From positions 160,001 through 224,000 of the forward strand of contig JAZAMN010000011.1 of NCBI GenBank assembly GCA_036229005.1: a DNA stretch of 64,000 nt, written 5' to 3'. Within the stretch, counting starts at the first letter, position 1, and every line of letters begins with the position of its first letter. Positions 1-16,550 of the stretch are shown one piece after another. The translations under genes were made by a program, and so were the position numbers. This DNA is from Myxococcota bacterium. Its GTDB lineage: Bacteria; Myxococcota_A; UBA796; CAJQPC01. The notes below the pieces were generated by a model. The model was not told the DNA's origin, searched no databases, and saw nothing but the letters and a program-made list of their open reading frames with translations.

Positions 1-124
1 CGAGCTGTTGACGGACCACCGTGTAGAACAGGTGCTCCTTGACCTCGGCGCCAAACACGTTCTCGTCGAGCTCGATAGAGCCGACGGACTGCTTGGCCAT
101 GTTGTAGACATCGACGGTAGGCAT
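1..124 (-). CDS. rplD: 50S ribosomal protein L4 (5' part, runs off the window)
   Basis: Not in the ORF track. Manual translation from ATG at 124 gives MPTVDVYNMAKQSVGSIELDENVFGAEVKEHLFYTVVRQQL, a typical L4 N-terminus; AGGAG SD upstream. Confidence 0.93.
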   Translation of the reverse strand, partial: MPTVDVYNMAKQSVGSIELDENVFGAEVKEHLFYTVVRQQL

Positions 125-158
125 GCGAATGCTCCTGCTTCTCTGCCAGGCAGAGCGC

Positions 159-473
159 TTAGGAAAGCTTGATCTCGACGTGCACACCAGCGGACAGGTC
201 GAGCTTCATGAGAGCATCGACGGTCTGCTGGGTGGGCTCAAGGATGTCGAGGAGGCGGTGGTGGGTCCGACGCTCGAACTGCTCACGGGACTTCTTGTCG
301 ACGTGAGGTCCGCGCAGAACGGTCCAGCGAGAGACGGTGGTAGGCAGGGGGAAGGGACCCCGGATGCTCACACCCGTACGCTTGGCGGCCTCAACGATCT
401 CGTTGGCGCTGCGGTCAAGCAGCTTGTGATCGTAGGCCTTGAGCCGGATGCGGATCTTGTTGGTCTGGGCCAT
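159..473 (-). CDS. rpsJ: 30S ribosomal protein S10
   Basis: [30 protein letters not shown] motifs; start trimmed to ATG 473. Confidence 0.98.
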   Translation of the reverse strand: MAQTNKIRIRLKAYDHKLLDRSANEIVEAAKRTGVSIRGPFPLPTTVSRWTVLRGPHVDKKSREQFERRTHHRLLDILEPTQQTVDALMKLDLSAGVHVEIKLS

Positions 474-690
474 CGGATTGCTCCAAAGGATGGGAAGGGG
501 TCTCGCCAGAAAAGCCGGCGTGCTGCCGGCGTCCCGTCCGCGTGGTTGCGGTTGGCGAGCGCCTCTCGTACCGTAGGTAGGCAAGCGGTTGGGCATGCCC
601 GAGAGACGGAACCCCCGCCGTTTAGCCGGTTGCTTGGAGGTGGGCCACCCTGGAGTGCGGAAAAGGATCCCTCCACGACGGTGAGAGCAC

Positions 691-2766
691 TCACGGAGCG
701 CCGTCGGTTGTTGGGGTCAGCTCCTGCTTTCGCTGGAGTTCCTCACGCACGGTCGCCGACGCGGGCGCGTAGCGTCGAAGGCGTGTCCCGTAGGTTCCCC
801 TACCCTGGGTCTGAGACCTCAGCCGGGTCGCATACCCGAACATCTCGGCCAGCGGAACTTCCGCCACCACCCGTTCTTCGCCGGGCGTTGCATCGACTTG
901 CTCAATGAAGCCACGTCGGCCGCTGATGTCGCCCAGGACCTGGCCGAGGTACTCGTGGGGTGCACGAACCTCAAGCTCCACCCGTGGTTCCAGGAGGACG
1001 GGCGCCGCGTCCATCAGCGCTCTCCTGAACGCCGTCCTCGCTGCCTGCCGGAAAACCGCCTCACTGGCATCGACCTCCCGATACTCGACCTCCTCCAGGG
1101 TCACCTCAACGCCGCTTACCGGCATTCCGGCCAGTGGCCCGCAGGACAAGACCTCGTCCACGGCCCCCCAGATCGCTTGCCGGTAGGACGCGGGGAGCCG
1201 GTCAGGCTGGACCAGGTCCGTCCGCTTGCGGTCTGCATGGGGGGACACCCCGAACACCACTCGTCCGAACTGACCCCGCCCGTTCACGATTCGCTGCTGG
1301 AGCGACTCCCCTACTGCCCGCCGAGTTGGCGCCTCCTTGTAGGCAACTTGGGGGCGCCCGAACTCGGCGTTCACGCCAAAGTCCCTCAGAAGACGATCCT
1401 GGGCGACTTCGAGGTGGAGCTCCCCCATCCCGTGGAGCAGAAGGTCTCCCGTGTCCTCGTTCTTGCGGAGACGAAGACTCGGGTCCTCATGGACCAGTGC
1501 CGCGAGCGAGTCGCCCAGCCTCGGTGCGGACTCTGCATCCAATGCCCGGACCGCAAGATAGATCACTGGGTCCGGTACATGAATGGCCTCCAGAACGACG
1601 GAGAGCTGCTGAGAGCAGACAGTGTCGCCCGTATCGACCCCATCAAGGGCTTCCACCCCCACGATGGCACCCACACCGACCTCATCGACTCGTTCCGCCT
1701 CACTCGCATAGAGTTGGACGAGCCGAGACAGGCGCAACTTGGTACCGGTTCTGGGGTTCCATGCCAAATCGCCGGCCCGAATCCGGCCAGAGTAGACTCG
1801 GAGCCAGGTCATCCGGCCGAGCGCAGGATCGTTCATGCGCTTGAACGCGAGCGCGACTAGCGGGGCATCCCTGTCCGCACGTACCCGCAGCGGCTTTCCA
1901 TCGCTGCTCTCCACCTGCAGATCGGGATGGTCCAACGGCGACGGCAGGAGACGGGTCACGGCATCGAGGAGTGCAGTTGTTCCCTGGTTGTGGAAAGCAG
2001 ACCCGCAGAACACCGGGACCACTCGGCGCTCAAGTACGGCGCTTCTGGCTGCCAACCAGAGGTCCTCAGTTGGGAGAGCGCCCTCGTCGAGGAACCGCGC
2101 CATGAGCGCTTCATCCTCAATGAGTGCGTCGAGGAGCAGCTCCCTAGCGAACTCGAGTTCGTCCTTCAGGGTGCCAGCGATCTCCATCTGGACTGGCCCC
2201 AACGGATCGCTGGAGAAGCGCCAGGCTTCCTGAGCCAGCAAGTCCACATAGCCGACAAAGCGCTCCTCCTCGACGATCGGGATTTGAAATGGAACCGCCT
2301 CTGCACCAAGACGCGTCTGGATGTCCTCAACACACCGGTCGAAGTCGGCCCCCACGCGATCCATCTTGTTCACGAAGGCGAGCCTGGGGACACCATAGCG
2401 GTCCGCTTGGCGCCAGACCGTCTCAGACTGGGACTGGACCCCCTCAGTAGCCGAGAAGACCGCGACCGCACCATCAAGAACCCGAAGGCAGCGCTCCACC
2501 TCAACAGTGAAGTCCACATGCCCGGGGGTATCGACCAGATTGACCTGGTGCCCCTGCCACTCGAGCACGGTAGAGGCCGCCGTGATCGTGATCCCCCTCT
2601 CCTGTTCCTGGGCCATCCAGTCCATGACGGTTGTCCCGTCATCGACTTCGCCCATGTGGCGCAGAAATCCGGCGCAGAACAAGATCCGCTCTGAGAGCGT
2701 GGTCTTTCCTGCATCTATGTGGGCCAGGATTCCGATGTTCCGGACCTGGCTGGCTTGATTGGCCAC
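691..2766 (-). CDS. fusA: Elongation factor G, divergent (EF-G2-like)
   Basis: [32 protein letters not shown]; position downstream of rpsG; domain IV motifs degenerate. Confidence 0.9.
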   Translation of the reverse strand: MANQASQVRNIGILAHIDAGKTTLSERILFCAGFLRHMGEVDDGTTVMDWMAQEQERGITITAASTVLEWQGHQVNLVDTPGHVDFTVEVERCLRVLDGAVAVFSATEGVQSQSETVWRQADRYGVPRLAFVNKMDRVGADFDRCVEDIQTRLGAEAVPFQIPIVEEERFVGYVDLLAQEAWRFSSDPLGPVQMEIAGTLKDELEFARELLLDALIEDEALMARFLDEGALPTEDLWLAARSAVLERRVVPVFCGSAFHNQGTTALLDAVTRLLPSPLDHPDLQVESSDGKPLRVRADRDAPLVALAFKRMNDPALGRMTWLRVYSGRIRAGDLAWNPRTGTKLRLSRLVQLYASEAERVDEVGVGAIVGVEALDGVDTGDTVCSQQLSVVLEAIHVPDPVIYLAVRALDAESAPRLGDSLAALVHEDPSLRLRKNEDTGDLLLHGMGELHLEVAQDRLLRDFGVNAEFGRPQVAYKEAPTRRAVGESLQQRIVNGRGQFGRVVFGVSPHADRKRTDLVQPDRLPASYRQAIWGAVDEVLSCGPLAGMPVSGVEVTLEEVEYREVDASEAVFRQAARTAFRRALMDAAPVLLEPRVELEVRAPHEYLGQVLGDISGRRGFIEQVDATPGEERVVAEVPLAEMFGYATRLRSQTQGRGTYGTRLRRYAPASATVREELQRKQELTPTTDGAP

Positions 2767-2780
2767 GGGGACTCCAGAGC

Positions 2781-2807
2781 AAAGCAGGGCACCCGAAGGT
2801 GCCCTGC
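2781..2807 (-). terminator. Terminator/attenuator-like hairpin between rpsG and fusA
   Basis: Minus strand GCAGGGCACC-TTCG-GGTGCCCTGC (10-bp perfect stem) followed by TTT. Confidence 0.65.
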
Positions 2808-2828
2808 CTCTCAGTCCCTACTATCCGC

Positions 2829-3299
2829 TTACCAGCGGTAGTGAGAGAAGGCCCGGTTGGCCTCTGCCATACGATGGGTGTCTTCCTTCTTCTTCACAGC
2901 ATTGCCGCGAGAGTGGGAAGCCTCCATCAGTTCGGCTGCGAGCTTGTCGGTCATGGTGCGACCACCGCGCTGACGGGCGTACTGGATGATCCAGCGCATC
3001 GCGAGTGCCACTCGGCGGTCGGGACGAACCTCGACGGGCACCTGGTAGGTCGAACCACCGACGCGGCGGCTCTTGACCTCGACCATGGGCTCGACATTCT
3101 CCAGGGCCCGACGGAACACCACGATGGGGTCCTCACGGGTGCGGTCCTGAATGGTGTCGAAGGCACCGTAGACGATGGCCTCAGCGGTGGCCTTCTTGCC
3201 ATCACGCATCAGGTTGTTCATGAACTTGGTGACCAAGACGTCCCCGAACTTGGGGTCGGGCAAGACTTGGCGCTTGGGTACTTCGCGGCGACGGGGCAT
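2829..3299 (-). CDS. rpsG: 30S ribosomal protein S7
   Basis: MPRRR...[15 protein letters not shown]...[15 protein letters not shown]. Confidence 0.99.
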   Translation of the reverse strand: MPRRREVPKRQVLPDPKFGDVLVTKFMNNLMRDGKKATAEAIVYGAFDTIQDRTREDPIVVFRRALENVEPMVEVKSRRVGGSTYQVPVEVRPDRRVALAMRWIIQYARQRGGRTMTDKLAAELMEASHSRGNAVKKKEDTHRMAEANRAFSHYRW

Positions 3300-3307
3300 A
3301 TCGTCCT

Positions 3308-3682
3308 CTACTTCTTCGGGCGCTTGGCGCCGTACTTGGAACGGCCCTGGCGACGGGCGTTGACGCCCTGGGAGTCCAGGGTGCCGCGCACGACGTGGTA
3401 GCGCACACCAGGGAGGTCCTTGACACGACCACCGCGGATGAGGACCGAGCTGTGCTCCTGGAGGTTGTGGCCCTCACCGCCGATGTACGAGGTCACCTCG
3501 ATACCGTTGGTGAGACGGACACGGCAAACCTTACGGAGTGCAGAGTTCGGCTTCTTGGGGGTGGTGGTGTAGACGCGAGTGCAGACGCCACGCTTCTGCG
3601 GGCAGTTCTGCAGAGCCGGAGACTTGGACTTGCTCCGGATCTTCTTGCGACCCTTGCGGACCAGCTGGTTGATGGTAGGCAT
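3308..3682 (-). CDS. rpsL: 30S ribosomal protein S12
   Basis: [35 protein letters not shown]. Confidence 0.99.
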   Translation of the reverse strand: MPTINQLVRKGRKKIRSKSKSPALQNCPQKRGVCTRVYTTTPKKPNSALRKVCRVRLTNGIEVTSYIGGEGHNLQEHSSVLIRGGRVKDLPGVRYHVVRGTLDSQGVNARRQGRSKYGAKRPKK

Positions 3683-3781
3683 TCCTGAACCTCAGAGCGC
3701 TGAGAGCCAAGGCGCCCTACGGGCGGCTCTTAGCGGGAAAACAAACGCCGGAAACAGTAGAGTTACCAGCAGAGCCCCGCC

Positions 3782-3810
3782 GCTTTAATCGACGGGAGTA
3801 AGAGCGTCAA
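3782..3810 (-). promoter_or_regulatory. Putative sigma70 promoter for rpsL
   Basis: TTGACG-17 nt-TAAAGC on the minus strand upstream of rpsL. Confidence 0.4.
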
Positions 3811-3848
3811 CACTGGCCCCCCCCGAGGATCGGGGGAGACCGGTCGAC

Positions 3849-8615
<4,767 letters not shown>

Positions 8616-8688
8616 GGCACACGCTCCTTCGAGGAGGGGGACGCCCAAGGGGACGCAGGGACAGAGAGAAGAGAAAAAGAAGGGAGCA

Positions 8689-8713
8689 GGTGCGGACCTC
8701 GAGGGCCCGCACC
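8689..8713 (-). other. Stem-loop between rpoB and rpoC followed by a pyrimidine/U-rich tract
   Basis: GGTGCGGGCC...GGTCCGCACC inverted repeat, then TGCTCCCTTCTTTTTC on the minus strand. Confidence 0.45.
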
Positions 8714-8721
8714 AATCGGTA

Positions 8722-11700
8722 TCAGCCGCGCATGAAGTCGCGGTCCTCGATGAGTTCCACATCGAGGGCCAGAGCCTGCAGCTCCTTGACCAGAACGTTG
8801 AAGGACTCGGGCAGACCGGCCTCCAGGACGTTCTCGCCCTTGACGATGGACTCGTACATGCGAGTACGACCCGTGACGTCATCGGACTTCACGGTCAGGA
8901 ACTCCTGGAGGTTGTAGGCGGCACCGTAGGCCTCGAGGGCCCAGACCTCCATCTCACCAAGACGCTGACCGCCGAACTGGGCCTTTCCGCCGAGGGGCTG
9001 CTGCGTGACCAGCGAGTAGGGACCGATGGACCGGGCGTGGATCTTGTCATCCACCAGGTGGTGGAGCTTGAGCATGTACATGATGCCCACAGTCACCCGC
9101 CGGGTGAAGGCCTCTCCAGTGCGACCGTCGAAGAGGAGGGTCTGACCGTCCTCGTCCTGGTCGGCCAGCACCAGCGCCTTGCGGATCTCCGCCTCGTCAG
9201 CACCGGCGAACACGGGCGTTGCCGTGGTCAGGCCGCGCTCGTACTTCTTGGAGAAGGCGACCATCTTGTCGTAGGACGCAGTCTCCAGGAACTCCTGGAC
9301 GGGAGCGTTGTACTCGAAGGCTGCCTTGAGGAAGGTTCGCAGCTCCTCAGCGTCCTTCTGCTCCTCGATCATCCGGTTGAGCTTCACGCCCAGGGAGCGG
9401 GCGGCCCAGCCCAGGTGCGTCTCGAGGATCTGGCCGACATTCATACGAGAAGGGACGCCGAGCGGGTTGAGGACGACGTCCACTGGGGTGCCATCCTCGA
9501 GGTAGGGCATATCCTCGATGGGAAGGATGCGAGAGACGACACCCTTGTTACCGTGGCGACCGGCCATCTTGTCGCCGACCTGGATCTTGCGCTTGATCGC
9601 GACGTAGACCTTGACCAGCTTGATGACGCCAGGAGGCAGCTCGTCGCCCTTGCGCAAACGCTCGATCTTGTCCTTGAAGCGGTCACGGATCCGATCCTCC
9701 TTCTCGCGGACGTTGTCCACGAGGGCCCAGATCTTCTCCTCGACAGCCTCGTCATCCTTGACGGTGATCTTCTCGAACTGCTCGAAGGTGATGCGCTCGA
9801 GGTTCTGCTCGGAGAAGGCCTCGCCGCGAGCGACGAGCTCCTCACCGGTGTTGTCATCAAGAATCTTGTTGGCGGCGCTGTGGCCGTCCAGGATGGCAAC
9901 GAGCTGACGGTGGGCGGACTCGTGGAGGACCTGAATCTTGGACTCACGGTCTCGCTCGATCTTGGCGACCCCTTCGGCCTCGATGGTCAGCGCACGGGTG
10001 TCCTTTTCGACGCCCTCACGTGCGAAGACCTGAGCACCGATGACGGTTCCAACAACACCAGGAGGAACGCGAAGGGAGGTGTCGCGAACGTCACCGGCCT
10101 TCTCGCCGAAGATTGCACGAAGCAGCTTCTCTTCCGGAGAGAGCTGAGTCTCACCCTTGGGCGTGATCTTTCCGACCAGGATGTCGCCCTGACGAACCTC
10201 AGCGCCGACCTTCACGATGCCAGCCTCATCGAGGTTGGCCAAGGCGTCCTCACCCACGTTGGGGATGTCGCGGGTGATCTCCTCCTTGCCGAGCTTGGTG
10301 TCGCGGGCGGCGACCTCAAACTCCTCGATGTGGATGGTGGTGTAGTAGTCCTCACGCACCAGCCGCTCGGAGAGCAGGATGGAGTCCTCGAAGTTGTACC
10401 CATTCCAGGTCATGAAGGCGACGATGACGTTCTGACCAAGAGCCAACTCGCCACGGTCGGTTGCGGGACCGTCGGCGATGACCTCGCCCTGCGTGACCTT
10501 GTCACCCAAGCGCACAACCGGCTTCTGGTTGATGCAAGTGTTCTGGTTGGACCGAACGAACTTGGTGAGGTTGTAGATATCGACGTCGCCACCGACGTCG
10601 TCGCTCATCTCGTCCGTCTTGATGACGATTCGGCTCGCATCAACCGAAGTCACCACCCCGGACCGCCGGCAGGTGGTGGTGACACCGGAGTCACGGGCAA
10701 CGATGCGCTCCATGCCGGTTCCCACAAACGGGGCCTCGACGCGGATGACAGGCACCGCCTGGCGCATCATGTTGGACCCCATCAGTGCACGGTTCGCATC
10801 GTCGTTCTCCAGGAAGGGAACGAGCGAGGCGGCGACCGACACGAGCTGGTTGGGGCTGACGTCGATGAGGGTGATTTCCTCAGGAGGGACTCGGCCAAAC
10901 TCACCGCGGACGCGGGCGTTGACGTTCTCCTCGGTGATGACGCCGTTCTCATCCCGCAACGTGGCAGACTGAGCGATGACGTGGCCCTCCTCCTCCATGG
11001 CGGAGTAGTAGGCGACCTCGCCGGTCAGCTTGCCACCCTCGACCCGCTGGTACGGCGTCTCGATGAAGCCGAAGTCGTTGACGCGCGCGTAGGTGGAGAG
11101 AGACGCGATCAGGCCGATGTTCGGACCTTCAGGGGTCTCAATCGGGCAAATACGACCGTAGTGGGTGATGTGGACGTCGCGGACGTCGAAGCCAGCTCGC
11201 TCGCGGGTCAGACCACCAGGGCCCAGGGCCGAGAGGCGACGCTTGTGGGTCACCTCGCTCAGGGGGTTGGTCTGGTCCATGAACTGGGAGAGCTGGCTGC
11301 TGCCGAAGAACTCCTTCACAACCGCCGAGACAGGCTTGGCGTTGATGAGATCGTGGGGCATCAGCGCCTCGATCTCGGACAGGCTCATCCGCTCCTTGAT
11401 GGCCTTCTCCATCCGGACCAGGCCGATGCGGTACTGGTTCTCCAGGAGCTCGCCCACCGCACGGATGCGCCGGTTGCCGAGGTGATCGATGTCGTCGATC
11501 TTGCCCTTGTTGTTCTTGAGGTCGATCAGGTACTTCACGACCCGCAAGATGTCGTCACGGGTCAGCGTGGTCTGCTCGAGGGGCAGGTCCAAGCCCAACT
11601 TCAGGTTCAACTTGAGACGTCCGACCTCGGAGAGGTCGTAGCGCTCGGCGTTGAAGAAGAGGTTGTTGAAGTGCTTGACGGCCGTGTCGTAGGTCGGGGG

Positions 11701-12894
11701 ATCACCGGGCCGCAGGCGGCGGTAGATCTCGATGACCGCCTCCTCAGGAGAGGAGATCTTGTCCACCAGCAGGGTGTCCCGCAGGAAGGAGCCGACCATC
11801 ACGTTGTCCATGAAGAGAACGTCGAACTCGTAGATGCCCGCCTCAAAGGCGCGCTGGACGTTCTCCTCAGTCAACTCCTCGTTGCACTCAATGAGGATGA
11901 GACCGGTCTCCATGTCGACCACGTCGTAGGCAGAGACGGCGCCGTAGACGTTGGCCTCAGTGACCGGAATGGTACCCATCTCGACAGTCTGCTCTTCACC
12001 GTCGACGATCACCGTGCGCTCGGCGAGGATGCCAGCCTTCCGCATCTTGCGGATGGCGGGCCGGAGGAACTTCTTGCCCTCCTTGGCGATGACCTTGCCG
12101 GTCTCCGGATCGCTGACGCTGACAGAAGCGGTCTGGATGCTGAGGAGGTCGGCGGTGGTCTCCTTGACCCAAGCACCGTCAGCGAAGACCAGCTTCTCGT
12201 TGTCGTAGAAGTAGTTGAGCAGTTGCTCGGTGTCGTAGCCGAGCGCGCGGAGCAGGACCGTGGCCGGCAGCTTGCGGCGGCGGTCGATCCGGACGTAGAG
12301 GATGTCCTTGGTGTCGAACTCGAAGTCGATCCAGCTACCGCGGTTGGGGATGACCCGGGCAGAGAAGATGAGCTTTCCACCACCAGTCTTGCTGTAGGAC
12401 TGGTCGAAGAAGATGCCCGGGCTGCGGTGGAGCTGAGAGACGACGACACGCTCGGTGCCGTTGACGATGAAGGTACCGTTCTCGGTCATCAGCGGGATCT
12501 CACCGAAGTAGACCTCCTGCTGCTTGACGTTGGAGACGGTGCGCGCGTCGGTCTGCGCATCAACTTCCCAGACAACGAGCCGAACAGTGACCTTGAGCGG
12601 AGCAGAGAAGGTCATCCCCCGCTCGCGGCACTCCTCAACGTCGTACTTCGGGGCTTCGAGATCGAAGCTCACGAAGTTGAGCGAAGCCTTGTTGGAGAAG
12701 TCCTTGATCGGGAAGACGCTCTTGAACACAGCCTGGAGGCCCGTGTTCCGACGCTCGTCCACAGGCACCTTGGACTGCAGAAAGGCTTCGTAGGAGGCAC
12801 GCTGGATCTCGATCAGGTTGCCAATGTCCACCATGGGGTGGGCCTTGGCGAAGGTCCGACGGTGCTTGAAGTTGTTGGCGAGCAGGTCAGCCAT
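8722..12894 (-). CDS. rpoB: DNA-directed RNA polymerase beta subunit
   Basis: [54 protein letters not shown]; start trimmed to ATG 12894. Confidence 0.99.
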   Translation of the reverse strand: MADLLANNFKHRRTFAKAHPMVDIGNLIEIQRASYEAFLQSKVPVDERRNTGLQAVFKSVFPIKDFSNKASLNFVSFDLEAPKYDVEECRERGMTFSAPLKVTVRLVVWEVDAQTDARTVSNVKQQEVYFGEIPLMTENGTFIVNGTERVVVSQLHRSPGIFFDQSYSKTGGGKLIFSARVIPNRGSWIDFEFDTKDILYVRIDRRRKLPATVLLRALGYDTEQLLNYFYDNEKLVFADGAWVKETTADLLSIQTASVSVSDPETGKVIAKEGKKFLRPAIRKMRKAGILAERTVIVDGEEQTVEMGTIPVTEANVYGAVSAYDVVDMETGLILIECNEELTEENVQRAFEAGIYEFDVLFMDNVMVGSFLRDTLLVDKISSPEEAVIEIYRRLRPGDPPTYDTAVKHFNNLFFNAERYDLSEVGRLKLNLKLGLDLPLEQTTLTRDDILRVVKYLIDLKNNKGKIDDIDHLGNRRIRAVGELLENQYRIGLVRMEKAIKERMSLSEIEALMPHDLINAKPVSAVVKEFFGSSQLSQFMDQTNPLSEVTHKRRLSALGPGGLTRERAGFDVRDVHITHYGRICPIETPEGPNIGLIASLSTYARVNDFGFIETPYQRVEGGKLTGEVAYYSAMEEEGHVIAQSATLRDENGVITEENVNARVRGEFGRVPPEEITLIDVSPNQLVSVAASLVPFLENDDANRALMGSNMMRQAVPVIRVEAPFVGTGMERIVARDSGVTTTCRRSGVVTSVDASRIVIKTDEMSDDVGGDVDIYNLTKFVRSNQNTCINQKPVVRLGDKVTQGEVIADGPATDRGELALGQNVIVAFMTWNGYNFEDSILLSERLVREDYYTTIHIEEFEVAARDTKLGKEEITRDIPNVGEDALANLDEAGIVKVGAEVRQGDILVGKITPKGETQLSPEEKLLRAIFGEKAGDVRDTSLRVPPGVVGTVIGAQVFAREGVEKDTRALTIEAEGVAKIERDRESKIQVLHESAHRQLVAILDGHSAANKILDDNTGEELVARGEAFSEQNLERITFEQFEKITVKDDEAVEEKIWALVDNVREKEDRIRDRFKDKIERLRKGDELPPGVIKLVKVYVAIKRKIQVGDKMAGRHGNKGVVSRILPIEDMPYLEDGTPVDVVLNPLGVPSRMNVGQILETHLGWAARSLGVKLNRMIEEQKDAEELRTFLKAAFEYNAPVQEFLETASYDKMVAFSKKYERGLTTATPVFAGADEAEIRKALVLADQDEDGQTLLFDGRTGEAFTRRVTVGIMYMLKLHHLVDDKIHARSIGPYSLVTQQPLGGKAQFGGQRLGEMEVWALEAYGAAYNLQEFLTVKSDDVTGRTRMYESIVKGENVLEAGLPESFNVLVKELQALALDVELIEDRDFMRG

Positions 12895-13143
12895 GAGGAC
12901 CTCGGCAGGTTGCGGCACCCACTGGGGTGAACAGCAAAGAAGGGTTGGCCGGCGCGAGGTCGTTCCAGAACGCAGAGAAGCGCTGCACGGCAGCGAAACT
13001 GCGCGCAACGCGAACAATCGGACAAGCGTCCAGGTTCGTGGGGACCATCAAGCGGCGGTCTCGGGGGATCCGGGTCAGGGTCAGCGGTTGCTGACGGGGC
13101 GGAACTCAAGGGAGCTCCGAACGGGATGGGCTCAAGGAGCCCG

Positions 13144-13186
13144 GAACGCCGGACTCCCACCCCATCAGGGCAGAAGTCCGGCGTTC
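13144..13186 (-). terminator. Hairpin just downstream of rplL (possible rplL-rpoB attenuator)
   Basis: Perfect 12-bp inverted repeat GAACGCCGGACT / AGTCCGGCGTTC; no clear U tract. Confidence 0.45.
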
Positions 13187-13198
13187 GTTACGGCAAGA

Positions 13199-13579
13199 TC
13201 ACTTGATCTCGACGTCAGCGCCAACATCCTTGAGCTTGGCGGCGAGCTCCTCAGCGGCGGCCTTGTCGATGGCCTCCTTGACGGGAGCGGGAGCGGACTC
13301 GACCAGGCCCTTGGCGTCCTTCAGACCGAGGCCGGTGGCCTCGCGGACGGCCTTGATGACCTTGATCTTGTTGGGGCCGGCATCCTTGAGGACGACGTCG
13401 AACTCGGTCTTCTCCTCCTCGGGCTCGGCAGCAGCAGCGGCACCGCCGCCAGCAACGGCCATCACGGGAGCGGAAGCCTCAACACCCAGCTCCTCCTCGA
13501 GGACGCTGATGAGGTCCTTGACCTCGGAGAGCTTGAGGTTCTTGATGTACTCGACGACGTCAGCCTGGGTAGCAGACAT
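13199..13579 (-). CDS. rplL: 50S ribosomal protein L7/L12
   Basis: [31 protein letters not shown]. Confidence 0.99.
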   Translation of the reverse strand: MSATQADVVEYIKNLKLSEVKDLISVLEEELGVEASAPVMAVAGGGAAAAAEPEEEKTEFDVVLKDAGPNKIKVIKAVREATGLGLKDAKGLVESAPAPVKEAIDKAAAEELAAKLKDVGADVEIK

Positions 13580-13630
13580 GATGAATTCCTCGCAAATCGA
13601 AAATGGGGAGTAGAGAAAAGACTCAAGCGT

Positions 13631-14164
13631 CTATTCGCCGCCTTCCTGGCCGGCAAGCTTGGTCTCGTAGTTCTTGAGAAGGTAGAGCAGATCGCGGGCG
13701 GGCCCGCGGATGACACCCATGACCTGACGGGGCCCCTCCTGCATCGTCCGGAGCAGCAGCGAGAGCAGCTCCTCACGGCTGGGCAGGCTGGCGACCGCCT
13801 TGACACCCTCGGCGTCCAGGACATCTCCCTCGAAGAAGCCGGCCTTGACCTGGATCGCTCCCTTGGGGTTGATGTTCTCCTTCACCGACTTGGCAGCAGC
13901 GATGGGATCCTCACCGGAGAGGATCACTGCGGTCATGCCGTTGAAGTGGCTGGCCAGGGCCTCCTTACCGGTACCCTCGAGCGCCTTGACGGCGAGGGTG
14001 TTCTTCACAACTTCGAAGCGGAGGTTGTCCTTTTCGAGGTTGCGCCGGAAGGTGTTGACATCGTTCGAGGTCACGCCGCGGTACTCAGCGAGGACCACGA
14101 AGGGCGCCTCCTGGATCCGGGCCTGGAAGTCCGCAATGAACTCACTCTTTGCAGTGCGCAGCAT
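13631..14164 (-). CDS. rplJ: 50S ribosomal protein L10
   Basis: YRGVT, VVKNTL, ASLPSREELLS; synteny. Confidence 0.97.
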   Translation of the reverse strand: MLRTAKSEFIADFQARIQEAPFVVLAEYRGVTSNDVNTFRRNLEKDNLRFEVVKNTLAVKALEGTGKEALASHFNGMTAVILSGEDPIAAAKSVKENINPKGAIQVKAGFFEGDVLDAEGVKAVASLPSREELLSLLLRTMQEGPRQVMGVIRGPARDLLYLLKNYETKLAGQEGGE

Positions 14165-14173
14165 CGTGGCCTC

Positions 14174-14887
14174 CTATCGACCGGCGGCGCGCAGGGCGTC
14201 CGCAGCGTCAACACGCACACCGATCCCCATGGTCGTCGAGACTGCAACACCCTTGAGGTAGGTACCCTTGGCGCTGGCAGGCTTGAGTCGCATGAGCTCG
14301 TTGATGAGCGCGGCGATGTTCTCTCGGATCTGCTCGGTCTCCATCGAAGCCTTGCCGACAGGGGCGTGGATGATTCCAGCCTTCTCGACACGGAAGTCGA
14401 TGCGACCTCCCTTCAGATCCTTGACAGTCTGGGCGACGTGCTCGGGCGCGACGACGGTGCCAACCTTGGGGTTGGGCATCAAGCCACGGGGTCCGAGCAA
14501 GCGGCCGATCCGGCCAACCTTGCCCATCATGTCGCGGGTGGCGACCGCCTTGTCGAAGTCGAGCCACCCTCCTTGGATCTTTTGGATGATTTCATCGGAA
14601 CCGACGAAGTCAGCTCCGGCTTCCTCAGCGGCCTTTGCCGCGTCTCCCTGTGCGAAGACCAGAACGCGCACCGTCTTTCCGGTCCCGTGGGGGAGCCCAG
14701 TCGCCCCGCGGATCATCTGATCCGCGTGACGGGGATCCACCCCGAGCCGGACGGCGACGTCCACCGTCTCGTCGAAGCCCGCGGTCGCGGTCTCCTTCAA
14801 GATGGCAACGGCTTCATCCAGGCTGTACTTGCGCGTCGAGTCGACCCGAGTCCGGGCTTCCCTGTAGCGCTTGCTCTGCTTTGGCAC
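14174..14887 (-). CDS. rplA: 50S ribosomal protein L1
   Basis: FDETVD, LGVDPRHADQMIRG, LGPRGLMPNPKVGTV. Confidence 0.99.
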   Translation of the reverse strand: MPKQSKRYREARTRVDSTRKYSLDEAVAILKETATAGFDETVDVAVRLGVDPRHADQMIRGATGLPHGTGKTVRVLVFAQGDAAKAAEEAGADFVGSDEIIQKIQGGWLDFDKAVATRDMMGKVGRIGRLLGPRGLMPNPKVGTVVAPEHVAQTVKDLKGGRIDFRVEKAGIIHAPVGKASMETEQIRENIAALINELMRLKPASAKGTYLKGVAVSTTMGIGVRVDAADALRAAGR

Positions 14888-14975
14888 GATTTTCCTCCGC
14901 TCATACCCAAGACAAGCTTGGGCTCCCAGTGGGGTGCATACGGGCTACGGCTGCCCTCCCCCGCGCTGAGACGAG

Positions 14976-15407
14976 TCAGTCGGTGATGGTGATTCCCATG
15001 GACCTGGCAGTTCCCTCGATCGTCCGCATGGCCGCAGCGACGTTCGTGGTGTTCAGGTCCGGGAGCTTCTTGGTAGCGATTTCCTCAACCTGGGCGCGGG
15101 TCAGCGTGCCGACCTTCTTCTTGTTGGGCTCGCCAGAGCCCTTGCCCAGCCCCGCAGCCTTCAGGAGCAGACCCGCGGCAGGCGGGGTCTTGCAGACGAA
15201 GGTGAAGCTGCGGTCGGAGTAGACGGTGATCTCAACAGGAATGAACAGCCCGTCGCCGGCCTGAGCCTGCGTACGCGCGTTGAACTCCTTGCAGAACATG
15301 GGGATGTTCACGCCGGCCTGGCCAAGGGCAGGGCCGACAGGGGGGGAAGGGTTTGCCTTGCCCGCCATGATCTGCAGCTTGATCTGGTTGACGACCTTCT
15401 TGGCCAT
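14976..15407 (-). CDS. rplK: 50S ribosomal protein L11
   Basis: [33 protein letters not shown]. Confidence 0.99.
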   Translation of the reverse strand: MAKKVVNQIKLQIMAGKANPSPPVGPALGQAGVNIPMFCKEFNARTQAQAGDGLFIPVEITVYSDRSFTFVCKTPPAAGLLLKAAGLGKGSGEPNKKKVGTLTRAQVEEIATKKLPDLNTTNVAAAMRTIEGTARSMGITITD

Positions 15408-15421
15408 TTTCACGCTCCTCG

Positions 15422-15444
15422 GTGAGTTGCCCGGGGGCTCTCAC
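15422..15444 (-). promoter_or_regulatory. Possible L1-binding autogenous operator upstream of rplK
   Basis: GTGAGAG-CCC-CC-GGG-CAACTCAC stem with an asymmetric internal loop next to the rplK SD; fold resembles L1 sites (by eye). Confidence 0.35.
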
Positions 15445-15477
15445 TGGGCTGTTCCGTTGAAGTGTTGGGTTGAGCGC

Positions 15478-16023
15478 TCAGGAGAGCTTCTCAACCTGAG
15501 TGAAGTCCAGCTCAACGCTGGTGGGTCGACCAAACAGGTTCACCATCACACGCAGCTTTCCACGCGCCTGGTTCACCTCTTCGACGATGCCGTTCATGGT
15601 GGCGAAGGCGCCCTCCATGATCCGGACCTCTTCGTTGCGGTCGAAGTTGAGCTTGGGCTTGGGACGGGGCTCCCCGCCTTCGTCCAACCCCATACGCCGG
15701 ATGATGCGTTGCACCTCGGCCTCGGGGACGGGAGGCGGCCGACGGTTGTTCCCGCCGACGAAGCCAGTAATCTTGGGGGTGTTGCGGACGACATGCCAGG
15801 TCTGGTTGTCCAGTTCCATCTGCACGAGCATGTAGCCGGGGAAGAACTTGCGGGCGACGCTCCGCTTCTGCCCACCCTTGACCTCGACAACGTCTTCCTT
15901 GGGGACGAGGATGTCTCCAAAGCGATCTTCAAGCCCGGCCTGAGCGATGCGCTCTTCCAGGGCCCGCTTGGCCTTTCCTTCGTAGCCCGAGAAGGCGTTT
16001 ACAACGTACCAGGCCATCGCCAT
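15478..16023 (-). CDS. nusG: Transcription termination/antitermination factor NusG
   Basis: WYVVNAFSGYE, FFPGYMLV, KOW region and FGRPTSVELDFTQVEK. Confidence 0.98.
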   Translation of the reverse strand: MAMAWYVVNAFSGYEGKAKRALEERIAQAGLEDRFGDILVPKEDVVEVKGGQKRSVARKFFPGYMLVQMELDNQTWHVVRNTPKITGFVGGNNRRPPPVPEAEVQRIIRRMGLDEGGEPRPKPKLNFDRNEEVRIMEGAFATMNGIVEEVNQARGKLRVMVNLFGRPTSVELDFTQVEKLS

Positions 16024-16071
16024 GGTGAGGTCCTCCAACGACGCCCTGCAGCGCCGAAGTGGGTGGGAAGT

Positions 16072-16461
16072 TCAGCTCAAGCCGAACAGGAATCTCTCCG
16101 TGACCTGGGCCCAGACCCAGTCATAGATCGCGAGAGACCCGGAGAAGATGACAGTGACCACAATGACAACGATCGAGTTGTTGGTCGTCTCCTCGCGGGT
16201 CGGCCAAGTGACCTTGACCAGCTCGCCGATGACCTCGTTCGTGTAGGTCACAGCCCGCACATTCTTGAGGAGCGCGAACATGGAGACGATTGCGCCCACG
16301 CCACCGATGATGGTGGAGAGAGGCAGGAGCCCCGCGACCGCGAAGTCTTCCACGCCGTCCATGTTGAGCAACACGGCTTCAGCAGCGGAGGCGAGCGCCC
16401 AGCCCATGAGGGCGGCGGTGACCAGGAAGACCACGTAGATGTAGCGGGTGTGCGTTGTCAC
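16072..16461 (-). CDS. secE: Preprotein translocase subunit SecE (3-TM type)
   Basis: ELVKVTWPTREET motif plus hydrophobic segments; directly upstream of nusG. Confidence 0.95.
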   Translation of the reverse strand: MTTHTRYIYVVFLVTAALMGWALASAAEAVLLNMDGVEDFAVAGLLPLSTIIGGVGAIVSMFALLKNVRAVTYTNEVIGELVKVTWPTREETTNNSIVVIVVTVIFSGSLAIYDWVWAQVTERFLFGLS

Positions 16462-16550
16462 TTGAAGTCCGGTGCAGCCAAGGCTGCTGTCTTCGGTTCA
16501 GCCGGGCCCCGATACCATGGGGATCGCCGGATGACAAGCCGTAGACACGA

